Of a stretch of DNA of 64,000 nucleotides, positions 1-63,216 are shown piece after piece. The position numbers and the translations under genes were made by a program. Numbering within the stretch: position 1 is the first letter of the stretch; every line of letters begins with the position of its first letter. Under the pieces are notes generated by a model that did not search any database, was not told the origin of the DNA, and worked only from the letters and a program-made list of their open reading frames with translations. Location of the stretch: NCBI GenBank assembly GCA_963693365.1, contig CAVNZM010000007.1, positions 8,057,962 through 8,121,961 of the forward strand. Reading direction: 5' to 3'. Source of the DNA: Amoebidium appalachense (Eukaryota > Protista > Ichthyosporea).

Positions 1-145
1 TGTGCCTATAAACAAATAATTGTGTTTGTGTATACGTGTGGATAATTGGGAAATTGTGTTTCTTTGCTTGTGTGTGTTTGTTGGAGGGAGAGATACAGGA
101 GGGGAGGACCCCAGGAGAGAGGGGATTGATGTTGATGTGAAATAC

Positions 146-682
146 CTGGCCTGCAATGTATCGAAGCTTAAGAAATCCCATTATAAATCACGTGGAAAGT
201 GTGGTCTCCAAAAGCAAAACTCTAGCGAGTAAAGGGACCAAACAACCCACACTACCTGTATACACAGACTGAATTTAAAAAGGAGCTAAAAAGCAGTCGC
301 CAAATATAACCCTTCTCGATTTCTGTAACAATACTGTTTGGTTTTCAGCAAAATTCGCTTGGCCATCCACAAATTTTAAAACTAATCGTGTTCAAACGCG
401 GGTAACTCTACTAATACGCAACACCAACGTTGACACAACCACAGACACGCATACTCTAACCCAAAACATATAACATTGACACACACACACGGTTTTAATT
501 AGCCACAAGCTCTGAGTTCAAAACAAACACAAGCACAAACAGTGCAAATCCACAAAACCCACCTCCAGAGTATGACCGTAAATCTTCCGACACCGGTCAG
601 CCGGGTCCCCTGCAGCCTCCACAACGCCTGCACACATAGCGGCCACTGTGGCCACCGCTGCAGCCACCAAACATGTCTTCAT
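146..682 (-). CDS. 5' part of a secreted protein of unknown function (continues off the left edge of the window)
   Basis: Exon 682-563 encodes a signal-peptide-like MKTCLVAAAVATVAAMCAGVVEA-AGDPADRCRKIYGHTLE, followed by a GTGGGT donor. Candidate exon 2 (221-146, TAG acceptor, GTATTT donor) reads SFAFGDHTFHVIYNG and needs a 1-nt deletion in GGG to continue as FLKLRYIAGQ, so exon 2 is uncertain. Confidence 0.5.
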
Positions 683-1350
683 TTTCTCTCCTATTACTTT
701 CAACCTTCAAAAGACTGATATTGTTTGTGTTGTGTTGCGATGTTGAACTGTGAGCGATTGGAGGTGTGCATGCCGTTTTACACAGCAACGCACAGATGCC
801 AACGGGGGTTTAAAATAAATCACAACAATGCATGGCAAGATGGGAAATGGGGTTGACTCTAGGCTATATATGTAGTAGTTGTAGCGTGCATAAAAACAGA
901 GTTTATACTATCAATCATGTCTGTATATATGTTAGCTAATAGCTGCTAATAGCTCACACTGTACCAAACTGTCCACACCAATAAATTATCCGTTAGGCTG
1001 TTAGCAGTTCTGAAATTCGATTCTTATGAGTAGGGGTTCAAGTCTATGGGAATCAATTACATCCAATCAGATGAAATATGTCATCTATTGGCCCTTCTCT
1101 AGATCTAGGGCTCCTGCATAGCTGTATGCATATCGTAAGTCATAAGTTCTTAAGGTAATGTATTGTGAAGCTCAAATATACGTTACACCTTGATAAGATT
1201 TATTTTTTCAATCTCCACATATCAAATCGGAGCTAGTATGTATGTGTGTTTACTGCATAGTGCGGTCTTGCCGGTGGGGACGTCCCCACCCGCGCGGGCC
1301 AGGGCCGAATTAGATCCGCGCATTTGGTTGGCGGTATCCTGGTTAGCCAT

Positions 1351-2638
1351 TCTACGAAGGAGAGACTATGATCCGTGACTCCAGACTGACCGACACCGAT
1401 CCTTTATTTGCCGGGATAATCAAGAGTGTCGGAGTATCCGCCGATCCGGATATTCATTCCGACCGTACACCCCCCCCCCCCGGGAGAAAGCTTCGTCCCT
1501 GAAGCTTACCGGAGAGATGATGTTGTGTTGCCCATTTTTTTTTTTTGGCATGTGTGCTTTTGTGGACTAGTATCCTGTCTGTTGCAACTAGATCTGTTCA
1601 ATGCAATGAGAGTGGCGAGTGCGGTTTTTGTACAGGGGTTCGCACTGTTCCCTGGGTTTTGAAAGGGGAAACACTCTCAGAAAACTCCTCAGGGCTTTTA
1701 CGTTTCCTTAGCCCCCACGTGTGCTTTTGTGCACGGACAAACCATATGGCTACTAGCTCAGCTAGCCACCAGAGAGCGGGTGTGTATGCGATTTTATGGC
1801 TTGTCTCTTGTATGACTCATTCCATGTGTTGTGTCCGTGGTAATGGCTAACTGGTTGCAGGCAGGCATGTGGAACGGACATTTGTGCTTTCAGTGAAGCA
1901 GTGCACGTGAATTTATGCGTGCAGTGGTTGTTGCGTTTGCACCTAACACCTTACACGTTGCGCCTTTACATTTGCATCGTTAAATCATTGGAAGTTGTAC
2001 GTTGTGTTTGTGCATACTGCGAGGCGCCGTTTGGGTCGTCCTTCACAGCTGCGTAACGCCTTTGTGCGTTTGTAAGACTTCTTTTGCCTTTTCAATGCTC
2101 GTGCAAGTACGTTTCATGCAAAGCATCAGTTGTTCAAGCAACAACACGATGTGCTGGTATGGTTTTGTATGCAGTCATTGTAAAGATCATCAACCAGCGA
2201 TTTTCGTTTTTGCATGTGCATGTGTCTCATGCGTGCCCGTGCCGCATAACGTTATGCAGTTATTGCAGTGGGCCGTGTGTAGTGGAATGGTCAGTTAGTG
2301 CAGAGTGTTGCACATGACGCGTGGAGTAGCACAGAGATGGAGTGCCGTAGCTGTAACCATCTTGAAGTGCAGATCTTGAGGTTGTTGGTGTGGAAGCGTT
2401 TCTTGACGTTCAATGTTGCTGGGCGGTGTGCCGTCACGTAGGGTGGGCGGGTGGGTAGTTGTTGGAGGTGCAGAATCTTTCCATTTACTCTCTGGTTACC
2501 ATCTACGAAGGAGAGACTATGATCCTATCTCCGTGACTCCAGACTGACCGACACCGCGGTCTGTCCGATCCTTTATTTGCCGGGATATTTAAGAGTGTCG
2601 GGATATCCGCCAATCCGGATATTCATTCCGACCGTACA
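1351..2638 (-). mobile_element. Non-autonomous LTR (TRIM-like) element or remnant with short LTRs
   Basis: Direct repeats at 2502-2638 (137 bp) and 1351-1469 (119 bp). On the minus strand both start TGTACGG and contain AATAAA. A PBS-like TGGTAACCAGAG (2501-2490) follows the right copy and a G-run PPT (1481-1470) precedes the left copy. The interior has no recognisable gag/pol ORF. No TSD was found. Confidence 0.6.
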
Positions 2639-2886
2639 AGAGCGTCAGTGGCCATGCGGCCTCCAACGGTCACCAGGAATCGCGGACCCGGTGCGGTTCT
2701 AAGTTGATACGTTGAAGTTGGGTGACTCCGGGTTTCACATAACTCAATTGGTTTGCATTCTTTATTCCTTACCTGCCAGAGGCTCAGGCTTTATCCTTAT
2801 CTGCAAATACGGTAATAATTTTAAAACAAAGAACATAAGAAAGGAAGATCTTACAATTGAACATGAATTCAAGCAGTCGAGAAAGT

Positions 2887-3365
2887 ACACATGTCTAGTA
2901 CGGTCAACAATGCACACATCATCATCATATTTGCTATCGGCCATCAGATATATGCCCACGCATGAGCCTAACATAAAAACAATATAACAGAAAACAACAA
3001 TGTGGCATTTCATAGGTTTGTGCACAAGCTTAGTAGTCATGGCATTTGGAAATTGAATGTGCATTTCATAGGTTTGTGCACAGGCTTAGTAATCACGGGA
3101 TTTGTTTGTTTGCAAAGGCGACACATATTTTTCTGGGCTGGGGCACATCATAAACTTATTGAAACCAAATTAGGAGCATCTCTATCATAAGTAACGGTGG
3201 AGATGTGGAAAAAAAAACTCCTTGCACATGTGTGCGGGGGTGGCAAGACATGCAAGCGGGAAAAAAAAAAAAAAAAGACCCGAAGAACAAGAAGGCACGT
3301 AAATACTGTCGCTTTCTCTATATAGCAACACTGCAGTACCCAACAAGACACCAACATCCACCAAC

Positions 3366-3448
<83 letters not shown>

Positions 3449-4238
3449 AACGCTCATTCACATACACACACACGTGCAAAACAGACACACACGCACACAT
3501 TCCCACACACCTGCACATAACTTTCTCCTCTCTTCCCTTTACGCCCCCATTACCCCCCCCCACCCCCCCCCACCCCCCCGCTTCCACCATCTTTACAAAC
3601 ACATCTAGACACATCTCATGTTCTTGTAATTTCTGTTTAAAGAGTATTATTGTTCAACACCCACCAGTGAATTGCAAAGTTTACTTCCGTGCGGCATTAC
3701 TTGCCACACCCGCACACATGTGCAGGGAGTACCGCACACATGCACGCAACTTTCTCCTCTTCCCTTAACCCCCCCCCCCCCCCCAGCTTCCACCCTCCCT
3801 AAAAACATATGTAGACATCTCCAGCTCCTGCAATCTCTGCCGATTGAGCTTTATTGTTCAACACACTGGAACACCTGTGATCTGCAAAGACATGCAAACT
3901 GCCACAAAGAGCCTCATACACATGTACGGTCAACAATGCACACATGCCATCAGATATATGCACACGCATGAGCCTGCTGCGTTCTAGCATAAAAATAATA
4001 TAACAGAAAACAACGATATGTTTCAAAGGTTTGTGCGCAAGCTTAGTCACTGTCACCGGGTATTTGCAAGATTGTGCATTTCATAAGTTTGTGCACAAGT
4101 TTAGTAGTCACGGCTTTTGTTTTTTGCAAAGGTGCCACATACTTCTCTGTCTGTCTGTGCTGGGCCACATCATAAAATTATTGAAACCAAATAAAGAGCG
4201 ACTCTGTAACGGTGGAGACGTGGAAAAAAAAAATTCAC
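2887..4238. repeat. Diverged direct duplication of about 320 bp (about 2887-3220 and 3918-4238), with a second duplication of about 180 bp (about 3485-3665 and 3705-3870) between them
   Basis: Shared blocks GTACGGTCAACAATGCACACAT, CATCAGATATATGC, TAACAGAAAACAAC, TTATTGAAACCAAAT and GTAACGGTGGAGAYGTGGAAAAAAAAA. Each copy has an internal tandem of TTTCATAGGTTTGTGCACAAGCTTAGT-like sequence. Confidence 0.75.
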
Positions 4239-4654
4239 ATTAGAAACAGCTGTCGGTTTCACTAATTGCCGCTGTGCATCATATCTACCACCTACTGAGG
4301 CGGTGTCTCCTTTCTTTTCTTTTTTTTTTTTTTTTTTTTTTTTTACTACTGCCGCCTGAGTAGATGTTAAACGTCGCACGTGCGGCAACACGTCAGTACG
4401 TGTTAGGCATCATATGCATATGTACAAGTTGTAAGGTCGCGTGGCGGAACGATCCTTATTTGTGTTTCGCCACGTGAGTAAATTGATATGACGTTTGTGT
4501 TTGTGATATATGCATGAAGTCTCGCATCTATGTCGTGCATGTAAAAACTAGTGTTTGAAAGTGCAAACACATATGCTTAAAGGGCTTGGAGATTGTTGCA
4601 AAATTCAGCTTAAGCAGTTCCAAATCAATTCGAGATAGGTTGTAGTGTGTGTGT

Positions 4655-4701
<47 letters not shown>

Positions 4702-5201
4702 TAGCCAGGGGACTCTTTTGTGTTTAGCAGGCCTTTCTTTGATGAAGAAAGAGAGTTGTGTTGGGGGGGGTTGCACGGATGAGGTTGTGGTTGCAAACGG
4801 GTAGTGATATTTTTGAGGGGTAGGGTTTGGCGACTGGTCAGAGTATTAATGGCAGGGTGAGAAGGGGGGTGGGGGGGGGGGGGGGGGGGGGGGGAAGGGG
4901 GGGGGGGGGGGGGGCAGGGGGGCCGGGCCGGGGGAGAGGGGGGGGGGGGGGGGGGGGGTCGGACCTGTTAAACATCAGCCTGAATATGGAAAGAAGGGGG
5001 GGGGGGGGGGGGGGGGGGGGGAGGCCGGGGGCAAGAATAGAGCAGGGAATATGAACACTGTATGGCAGAAAGAGAGAAGACGACACTGTGGAGGAGGGAG
5101 CCTTTACGGGGTGGTTGGCAGGGTGATATCAAGGGGGCCGCCACCGGATGTGACAGGATAGTAGTGATGGTGCTGTAAAGACAGACTCTAGCCTTGCTCT
5201 G

Positions 5202-5461
<260 letters not shown>

Positions 5462-5619
5462 CCTCCCCCTCTCCCCCCCCGCCTCCCCCCCAGCTTCCCA
5501 CTCACTCCCTTTCACTCCCCCCGCCCTCTCCCTCTCCTTCTTTCTCCCTCCTTCGTCTCCGGGCCCCTGCCCCCCCCCCCCCCCCCCCCCCCCCTCTCAA
5601 ATCCCTCTCGCTCTCCTTG

Positions 5620-5679
<60 letters not shown>

Positions 5680-5965
5680 CCCTGCTCCCTCTCTCCATAT
5701 CACCTCTACATGCCGTTGGGTGCTTGTGCATGTGTATTAAAGTCACATTTGCGTGTATGATTGTGTGCGTGCGTGTACATGCATGTGTTTGGCGATTTCT
5801 GCCTTTGCTCACTGTGGAGCGTCAGTGTTCTTTAATATATGTATGTTTCAGGTTGTAGTTGAGTTGAATGAGGCTCGATCACAACATCTGTTCACGTGTG
5901 GGTAGCCTCGGAGTCTGCTACTGTAACACTTAGAACCTTGTGTACACACCAGGCACACACGCGCG

Positions 5966-5996
<31 letters not shown>

Positions 5997-6180
5997 GTGT
6001 ACACACATACACACACACACACACAAACACATACATGTATACACACACATATACACACACAACACACCCGCCGTGCACACACACGCACACACGCACACAC
6101 ACACCCCGTGCAGTCACAAAAGCGCACACAGACGCGCTGCGTCAGCGCGCACCGTAAACACACGCCGTATAAGCCGAGAC

Positions 6181-6243
<63 letters not shown>

Positions 6244-6254
6244 AAGGGGGGGGG

Positions 6255-6366
<112 letters not shown>

Positions 6367-6497
6367 CAAGGGGGGGGGGGGAGTGTGTGTGTGTGTGTGT
6401 GTGTGTCACATTGATTCGACCGAGTTTGGGCCCATATCGCTGTGGGTGGAACCCACTAGATCGTTTATATAGTGTGCGCGCAGTGTGTACACGGATG

Positions 6498-6589
<92 letters not shown>

Positions 6590-7199
6590 CGTGCGCGTGC
6601 GCGCCGCGTGCGACTCCAACAGCATAATATTCAAGTGCCATAGAATAATGATTAGTTTTAAAATTTCACCCATTGCTATTACTGCTAACTGGGTCTAGTA
6701 TTATACCATACATAATAAATAGCAGCCGTTTACAAGTGAGAGCTATGACGTTACAGGAACCCAGGAAGCATGCCTACTATCAAATAAACAAATTACCACG
6801 GCATATCAGCCAAACAGTTTCAAGACTTAGTATACTTGAACACATCGGTAGTACACGTCAAAATTGGTATCTTTTAAACTCACAATTTTTGATTTATAAC
6901 AATCAAATAATAATAAACACGTACCACCGGTCAAGCCCTGCAGCAACTTTTCAATTCAGCATCAACAAACCAATATATCGACAGGTAGGCTAGGTCTAGC
7001 GAATTCACAGTGTTATGTCATACACGTTTTGAATCCCCCGCAGTGAAACAGACATTTACTTCCTACAGTTTTTACCATTTGTATTTCAAGCTCATACAAA
7101 ACCCTAACAAGGGTATTAGAGAAAACACCATTACAACCACCCCTCCATTTGCGCAAACATCACACACAGAACCCACCTACCACGCAGCTAAACTTAACT

Positions 7200-13539
<6,340 letters not shown>

Positions 13540-14019
13540 TTTCCCACTTGGCGTTTGCCAAGCTGTGTAATATTTGAAATTGGGAAGTGAAATTTGTAAC
13601 AAGAAAAACCAAAACAAAAAAAAAAGTTTCTAAAGGGAGTGAAATCCTTTCAGTGCTGTACATACAAAAAACTTTGAGTTTGCTTCCTGGCCGCAGGTGA
13701 CCGTGAAAAAAACACAGCTGTTCAGTGTTCACCCCGACTCTTCCCTGCCCAGTGAGACCGCATGCCATGCCTGAAAATTAGAAATTGTTTTTGATCTTGG
13801 CGCCAAAAGGATCTTTTTAAATTCTTTAAAAGATCTATTTGTGCTAACCGATGTCTATTATCGATTTGCTGTGATTTCAAAATACTTTTTGCTGTTGGCG
13901 GCAGCCTGTGGGGCAGATTGCCGCCGGCCAGCCAGCGCAGCGCACAGTCGACTTCGCCAGTTTGAAAGTAATATTTCTAGCTCTTTTTGGGGGGGTTTCT
14001 ATTAACGCAAACGAACAAA
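13540..14019. promoter_or_regulatory. Putative bidirectional promoter between the MgtC-like gene and PFDN2
   Basis: 480 bp between divergent ATGs, free of microsatellites, with ATTGG/CCAAT-like and AT-rich segments. Inferred from gene geometry. Confidence 0.5.
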
Positions 14020-18247
<4,228 letters not shown>

Positions 18248-19767
18248 TGTCAGTAGTGTGCACCATTCATGTTTTGTGGTGGTTTGTGAAGAGCTTGGAT
18301 GTGGAGTGTGGGGGGATAAGGGTGGTGGTGGGGCAATGTATGGGGGGCTGGAGAAGGGGGAAAAGATTACACACGGTAAGGTGGCGTGTGGGTGGAAAGA
18401 AATCATGCATGGTGTAGCTGGTTTTGTGAGAGGGAGGGAAGGGGTCCGGGTAGCAACCTGGGTGTGATATTAAGATCAGACTGCAATCCTGCTTTTCTCC
18501 CCTGTTTTCTTTCCGCTTCCCTTTTCTTCTTCTTTTTTGTGTAGCTTAGTACAGCGTTTACTGTGTGGATCTTTCATTTTCTTGGTTTTCTGGTATTTAA
18601 CGGTTTGGTGGCTCGTTTTATATTTTCTCCCTCATCCCTTTTGCTGGGTGACGTACACAACATGCTGAATTCTCCCGCGGATTTCATTCTGCAAGAGCCT
18701 TTTCATTCACCTGTAAGTTAACCTTTTCTTGTTGTGAAACCATAGTTCTTACCTGGGTACACACACACTATAACATACAAGGGGTTTTTTCCTCCGGACC
18801 CTTTTTGACAGGTAGCCATGATACCAGGTTTACCTGCGGTTTATATTTTAGACATTGTGGTACATGTACAAGGGGGTGTTCTGTGTGCACCGCAGTGCGT
18901 GTGTACCTGTGTTTGTCGTCTAGTTGATGAATGCTGGGTGCCGGTCACCCAGCAAGAATGTACGCATACGTATCAACCCTTCAAGTCATTCTTAAACACC
19001 CCCCTCCCCCCCCCCTCCCCCCCCCCCCCCCCCCCAAACAACAACAACAACAACAACAACAAAAGAAAGAAAGAAAGAAAGAAAAAAAAAACACAAACGC
19101 ACATGGCCACCCGGCCCACCACCTACCACTACTACACACATTCGCACACTACCGTCACGTCGCCGCCGCCACCACGTGCACCGGCCGCGCGCGCGGTACC
19201 ACATCCACCGCCACCGCCACCGCCACATGTCACCATGGCCACCTCCACCAGATATGTACACGGTGCGCATACGCACACCGTGGGCGTGTACACCACCACT
19301 CCGCATGTGTATGTTTGCCTGATCACCAAATAAGAAATGCACTGACACCATTACCCGTCTACCCTTTTGCAATTGTATGCGTAGCCACGTGAATAACATG
19401 CCAATCATACTGCACGTGATAACCCCCCCTCCCTCCCCCCGAGGCCATCAAAACACACATTCGAATTCAGAGTGTGATCTCACATTCCCTGCCAAACTGA
19501 TTTGCAATTGACGTCACGGGGCTTCGAACTTCAAAGGCACCGGTCCCCTGGGGAAAAAAATGTATTGTATTTTTAACAAGTAGGCGCATTCAGGCAAGGA
19601 GCTCAGGCACCGGTTGCAGCATCATGGCACCCAACAGCTCTTGGCTTATAATGTCCATAATATTGATAATTAATATTAGATAAAAATTTGCGTTACCGAG
19701 ATTACTACCCCCTCCCCCCCCCCCCCCCCCCCCCCCCCCCCACCACCACCACCACCACAAAAAAAAC

Positions 19768-19806
<39 letters not shown>

Positions 19807-20002
19807 AAAAAAAATAATATTTACGCTCCCGCGACCGGAAAACAAGTCTAAATCTGGATACGAGTAGTTACGAGTAGTTCATGCTTTCAAGCCACTGCTG
19901 TGTCCATTACGCTACGGGCTGGTCCTTCATATTGGTTACGTACATGGGTGTGGGGGCATTGAGTGGTTCGTTAGTGCCACTGCACTAGTGTCTTTCATCT
20001 AG

Positions 20003-20051
<49 letters not shown>

Positions 20052-20577
20052 ATACTAAAATTAGGTAGTCATTTTCGTTCTCAGGACTGATCAATGCAGG
20101 CTTTGCGTGGCCAGAAATAGTGGCTGTAAAAAAAAAAAAAAAGTAAAAGGGTTGTGTGCACACGTGTAGATGACTATCCTAGATCACCTTATTAATGCTG
20201 CACAGTATGATATTGTGATCCGGTGCCTTAACTTTCTTTCGGAGCTACCGATGCTAGCATCTGCTTACCCATAATATGTAATAGGGGTGTCAGATACTAC
20301 GATGGCGCTCATTGTTGCCTAGCATGTACATATGTCACTGGCTGCATTTGATTGGCTGTGCTGGAAAACGCAGTAGGCCGTCGAATGTGGCTGGGCCTCC
20401 GGCAGTGTCCACGCAATAAAAAGTGTGTAAACCCCTATATGCACACATGATTAATTTTGCACGTGTTTATGTCTGTGTCCGCATGTGCGAGGTGTGTGGG
20501 TGGGTGGGTCCGGGGGGGAAGAAAAGGGGGGGGGGGGGCAGGGGGGTTCTACGAAAAAAATCATGAAATTTCGGGCA

Positions 20578-23673
<3,096 letters not shown>

Positions 23674-24408
23674 GAGCAGTATTTCTGAGTTTAACTAGTA
23701 GAACAAAAAGTCAATACCATGCCTTTTCAAAAAGCTTGGAAGAGACTTCTTGCCGTTGACCTTTTCTTACAAGTGCACATAGGCTAACAAATATAAGGCT
23801 GTAATATAAATGAGAAGTTACTGCAGGGTCGGAAGACGCGAAGTTTCGGCGCAGGACCGCTTGGAACAAAGTTGCAATTGGGGCTGCAAGGCCTCCTTGG
23901 TGATAAGGAGGCCCTGGTGCTCACGCGTTCATAACCAAAAATGGGTAGAATTTATTGGCTATGTGCGAAAGTCCTTGCTGATTGGCTCTGTGCACATACC
24001 TGGAATTGCATGCTCTGGAGAGACCAAGAGGACGGCAGTCAGTGATAGTGTTCAGCAGTTACACTCACAACAGCTCGTAGAAACTAATGTTCCGGAAATG
24101 TAAATTCAGTTCAGTTCAAAGGGAAATCATAAGGAATATTTGAAAGGTACATGCGGGGCCTGACACGCCAGGTTACAGTAGTTAATACGAAGGCCGGGGC
24201 CCGGCTGTAGGGTCTGCTCTAGGGGGAGACCAACACGAAGCAACTCTCTCGGTCGCGGAGTCTCTCCACGGCTCTTGTCATGATCAATCTGTGAACAGCG
24301 TGTTTCCCTGTTTCTTTTTCCTTGTTGTAGCCTGGTATACCAGGCACCACACTTGTTTAACCTCGCTTCCATTTTGCTCATATAGCAGACAGTTTCTGGC
24401 AGTTTGAG

Positions 24409-28052
<3,644 letters not shown>

Positions 28053-28086
28053 AAGTTAGGGTATGATTTCACACGTCCTTAAGGGT

Positions 28087-28119
<33 letters not shown>

Positions 28120-28277
28120 AACACACACACACACACACATAAACACACACACACACGCACACGCACACGCACACGCACACGCACACGCACAAGCACACGC
28201 ACACGCAGGCAGGCAGCACAAAAGATCTCACGCTCAGTGAGTTTAGGTGAACTGTAAATTAACTGTCGTAACCAATA

Positions 28278-28645
28278 GACATGTTTTACCATAACACAAT
28301 CTAGATAGTATATGATATAAATATCGTTCAGATGCCCGCTTTGGTAAAATCGTGAAAAAAGATATGCAAAGTCGCCAAAAGTTTGTATATCGCTCATATG
28401 AGGGGGCCAAAAGATATACAACGTTGTGATATGACAACTCGGGCCAGATCGTCTTTTGATTGGAGGGGGACGCATCGGAATGCGCACCAGGGTCGCGGTG
28501 CGTGGCTCACCGCTCGGCGGCCCGCGAACAATAAACTATTTCTAAAGTCACTATGGTAAAATCGACACTGATCAACTAGTATATAATAAGTATATCGCGA
28601 TATACTTATCATATACTATCTAGATTGTGTTATGGTAAACATGTC
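28278..28645. mobile_element. MITE, 368 bp, with TIRs of about 40-48 bp and a target-site duplication
   Basis: The left end GACATGTTTTACCATAACACAATCTAGATAGTATATGATA is the reverse complement of the right end TATCATATACTATCTAGATTGTGTTATGGTAAACATGTC (1-nt indel). It is flanked by CAATA at 28273-28277 and 28646-28650. Confidence 0.88.
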
Positions 28646-29260
28646 CAATAGCAACTTAGATGTAATCCTAATAATAGCTCACTAAAAAACTAAGATTGCT
28701 AACTTTTGCCGGCTGTGGCGGCATGTTCATTTGTTTATATTCTGAGGCTCCGACTTCCATTATGTATGCTAATTAAACAAAGCCTTGTTGGAATATGATT
28801 CTTAGTACTTTTCGTATTAGTGTAGTATTAGGAATTACTCGATATAAATATAAAATCCATATCGGATATATTAGCATAATATATCATCTACAAAAATGCC
28901 AGGGATTGATAGACCCAAAACAGACCTAGACTGGGCATGGATGCACTATCTAGTTTTTCTTGCTGATGTCGAACCGCTGCTGGTCAGCAAACCAAAAAAA
29001 AACACCTTTGAAAATGTGCTTGCAACCACAACCGATGATCAATCGATCCCCCCCCCCCTCCACCACCCCCACCCCCACCCTCCGGCCCCCCACCCACCCA
29101 GTGGCACCCACCTACCCCTAGCTCCCAACAACAACAACAACGTGTACAAACAATGAAAAATTATCCTTGCTCTCTGGCACCCACATTTCCCTCCTTCTCG
29201 CTCCCCTTTCCATGCATTTGGCGTTAAATGTCGTGACTTCCGTGTTAGCCGCCAAACATA

Positions 29261-29294
<34 letters not shown>

Positions 29295-29383
29295 ACCCAA
29301 TCTCTTTTTACTTGGCCCCACTCTTCCCCCTCCCCCCCCCCCTAAACCCAACCCCTACCCTCCGACCTGGCCCCTCTCTTCCC

Positions 29384-29443
<60 letters not shown>

Positions 29444-30460
29444 CCCCCCTCCCCCCCCCACCCTATCTTCCGGCTGTCACATACCCGGAGTAATGCATGT
29501 GAAGGCGGTGCACGCACGTGTAGGGGTGGAGCATGCATACAACCTGCTTCCGCTATTTACATGCATGTGTTTCGAATTTATGTGCACGTACTGTGTGCAC
29601 GCCTGCAGTCGTGCCGGTGTACATGCAATGTATCGAATATCTCGGCCTGTCTTCATTTTATTGTGAACAGAACATTTACGAAACACATGCATCTGCAAGG
29701 CCTTAAGCTTCAGAGTGTGACGTGCACACAGTAAGCACGTGCACACCATAAACACGGTAAACATACACACATGCTTGGAAAAATATTGACGGAGAAACTT
29801 ATGTTTATATGAATATTGTTTCCTGTGTGTACATCAATTGCAAATCTCTGATCGTAACCTGCCATCAAAAACTTCTGCACTAGCATGTGTGGTTTTAAAA
29901 AAAAAAAATGTCGTCTACACACCATCATTATCGCCTTCTGCTAATTGATTCACCAGCCCCTGCTAATATATCTCTGGGCATGCCAGGTTTGTCTACATCT
30001 TACTCTACGATCTATGTAATGATATGTTCTAGATCAACATATTAATTTTGGCAATATATGAAGGTTATGGTTGCGCTCTCTAAGCCACCTTGTCAACATA
30101 TCCGTTAATGTCATATCAGTTCTTTCACATACATAAATTTCGCCAACCCACACAGCCAGTAAGCAACCACGAACCTCATTCATATGCATAGAGACAAAGC
30201 ATTAACCCCTTGCGCCCCACATTCCTTGCCCCCTCCCCCCCCCCCCCCCCTCCCCGCCCCCCTTAACCCCTTGCGCCACACATTCCTTGCCCCCCCCCCC
30301 CCCCTCCTCCCCCCGGCCTCCCTACCCACCCCACCCAACTGCCCATCCACACCCGGAAAACGATTCACTCTCCCGTGTTTCCCAACCAGCTCATATTCAT
30401 TGACAAGACTAGCAGCTACTATCTCCTTTCACCAATGTTTTCTGACTGATTGAGTGCATT

Positions 30461-47528
<17,068 letters not shown>

Positions 47529-48535
47529 TTTCTCTCACACGGGGACACTAGCCCGCTTGGAACCCCAAGATGTGGTGCGTGTGTCTAATTTCCTCGCCTC
47601 ATGGGTATCGCAACTCCTGGCTACAGCAACATCATAGCTACAAGTAGTAAGCCTATATTGCTTGCTCGGTTTAGTAAACTAATATCCCGCCTTATGGAAA
47701 TCTGGTCTTTCTATTACACTGGAACAGGTTGTTCAGGTCCGACCTGGAGCTTATAAACAAGGAGAAAACCGTTACTTCTGCAATGAACTGACTGACTGAG
47801 GGACATTATCCATCTGGGAATGCAAGAATGTTTACCCCCCTCCGATACAACCATAATAGGTGTTCTGCCTTTCTTATCGCCGGCACGTGCCCGCTGTGAA
47901 TGTATTGTGGGTCAGTAAACTCGCCAAAGATTATGCAATAAAAAAAGTCTGATAAAAAACCATTGAGTACTACATCTATTTTCAGTATTATATACACTAC
48001 ATAAACACTATCTCGTTGTTCTAAGCATGTACATAACCTACTATGCGTTTGTTTATGTATTGACTCGAGGATCATTCACAATCAGCTTGATTGGCCAACA
48101 GAGACCGCCAATAGGCAACATTCGCCAATCACTTCACTGCGGTCAAAAAAACTCAGAGTGGTGCAAAAATAGTTGAGCTGATAAGAACGGTTGAGTACAA
48201 ACTTGTGTTTTCACGGTTTTTCACCAGTTGCTGGGCACTACTCCGTTAGAGAAACCATAATCATGTTAAAGTAGGGAGTTGGCTGGAAACGATTTATACT
48301 GCCAAAGGTCTTTTGTAGCTGTTTATAGATTTATAACCAGTTGCTAACCTTGCCTCATCACTCACGAAACTTTGTTAGCAGACATTTACCAGCCCAGCAT
48401 CGGCACATTTCACCTTGTCTTTTGACGTTAGTTCGTGTCAGTCAATTACCGAATCGATTCCCAATACACGTTCATCCACCCGAAGACATCAATAAACGCG
48501 TACACAGGGCCACGTGCTTTTTAGATAAGTTGAAG
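47529..48535. promoter_or_regulatory. Putative bidirectional promoter of the ABCG pair, with a CCAAT-box cluster at about 48090-48130
   Basis: 1007 bp between divergent ATGs, microsatellite-free. GATTGG, GCCAAT and GCCAATCA lie within about 45 bp in both orientations. Confidence 0.55.
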
Positions 48536-62650
<14,115 letters not shown>

Positions 62651-63045
62651 TGTGGTTGTTTGAGTGTGTCACTATTAGGATAACACGCTTTCAAGATCAC
62701 TTTTATAAAGGGGCCTTATGTTTCGGTGAACACATTCGTTTGGGGTGTTTTTTTTATCCCTCCCCCTTCCCCCTCCCCCCCACCCACCCACCCAAAAAAG
62801 AAAGAAGGAAATAAATAAGGAAAGAAAAAACACACACGCACACACACACACACACACATATACATACACACATGTACACACACACATACATACACACCCT
62901 CCATTGCAGACGAAACAAGCAAATAAGGAAATGCAAGTGAAGAAATTACTTGCACGAATGCTGCGCTTGCTCCCACCTAATGCATCCACACACTCCACTG
63001 CGACACGCACAGGCACGCACACACGCATGTGCCAATACCACCACC

Positions 63046-63140
<95 letters not shown>

Positions 63141-63158
63141 CCCCCTCCTACTCCTCAC

Positions 63159-63216
<58 letters not shown>

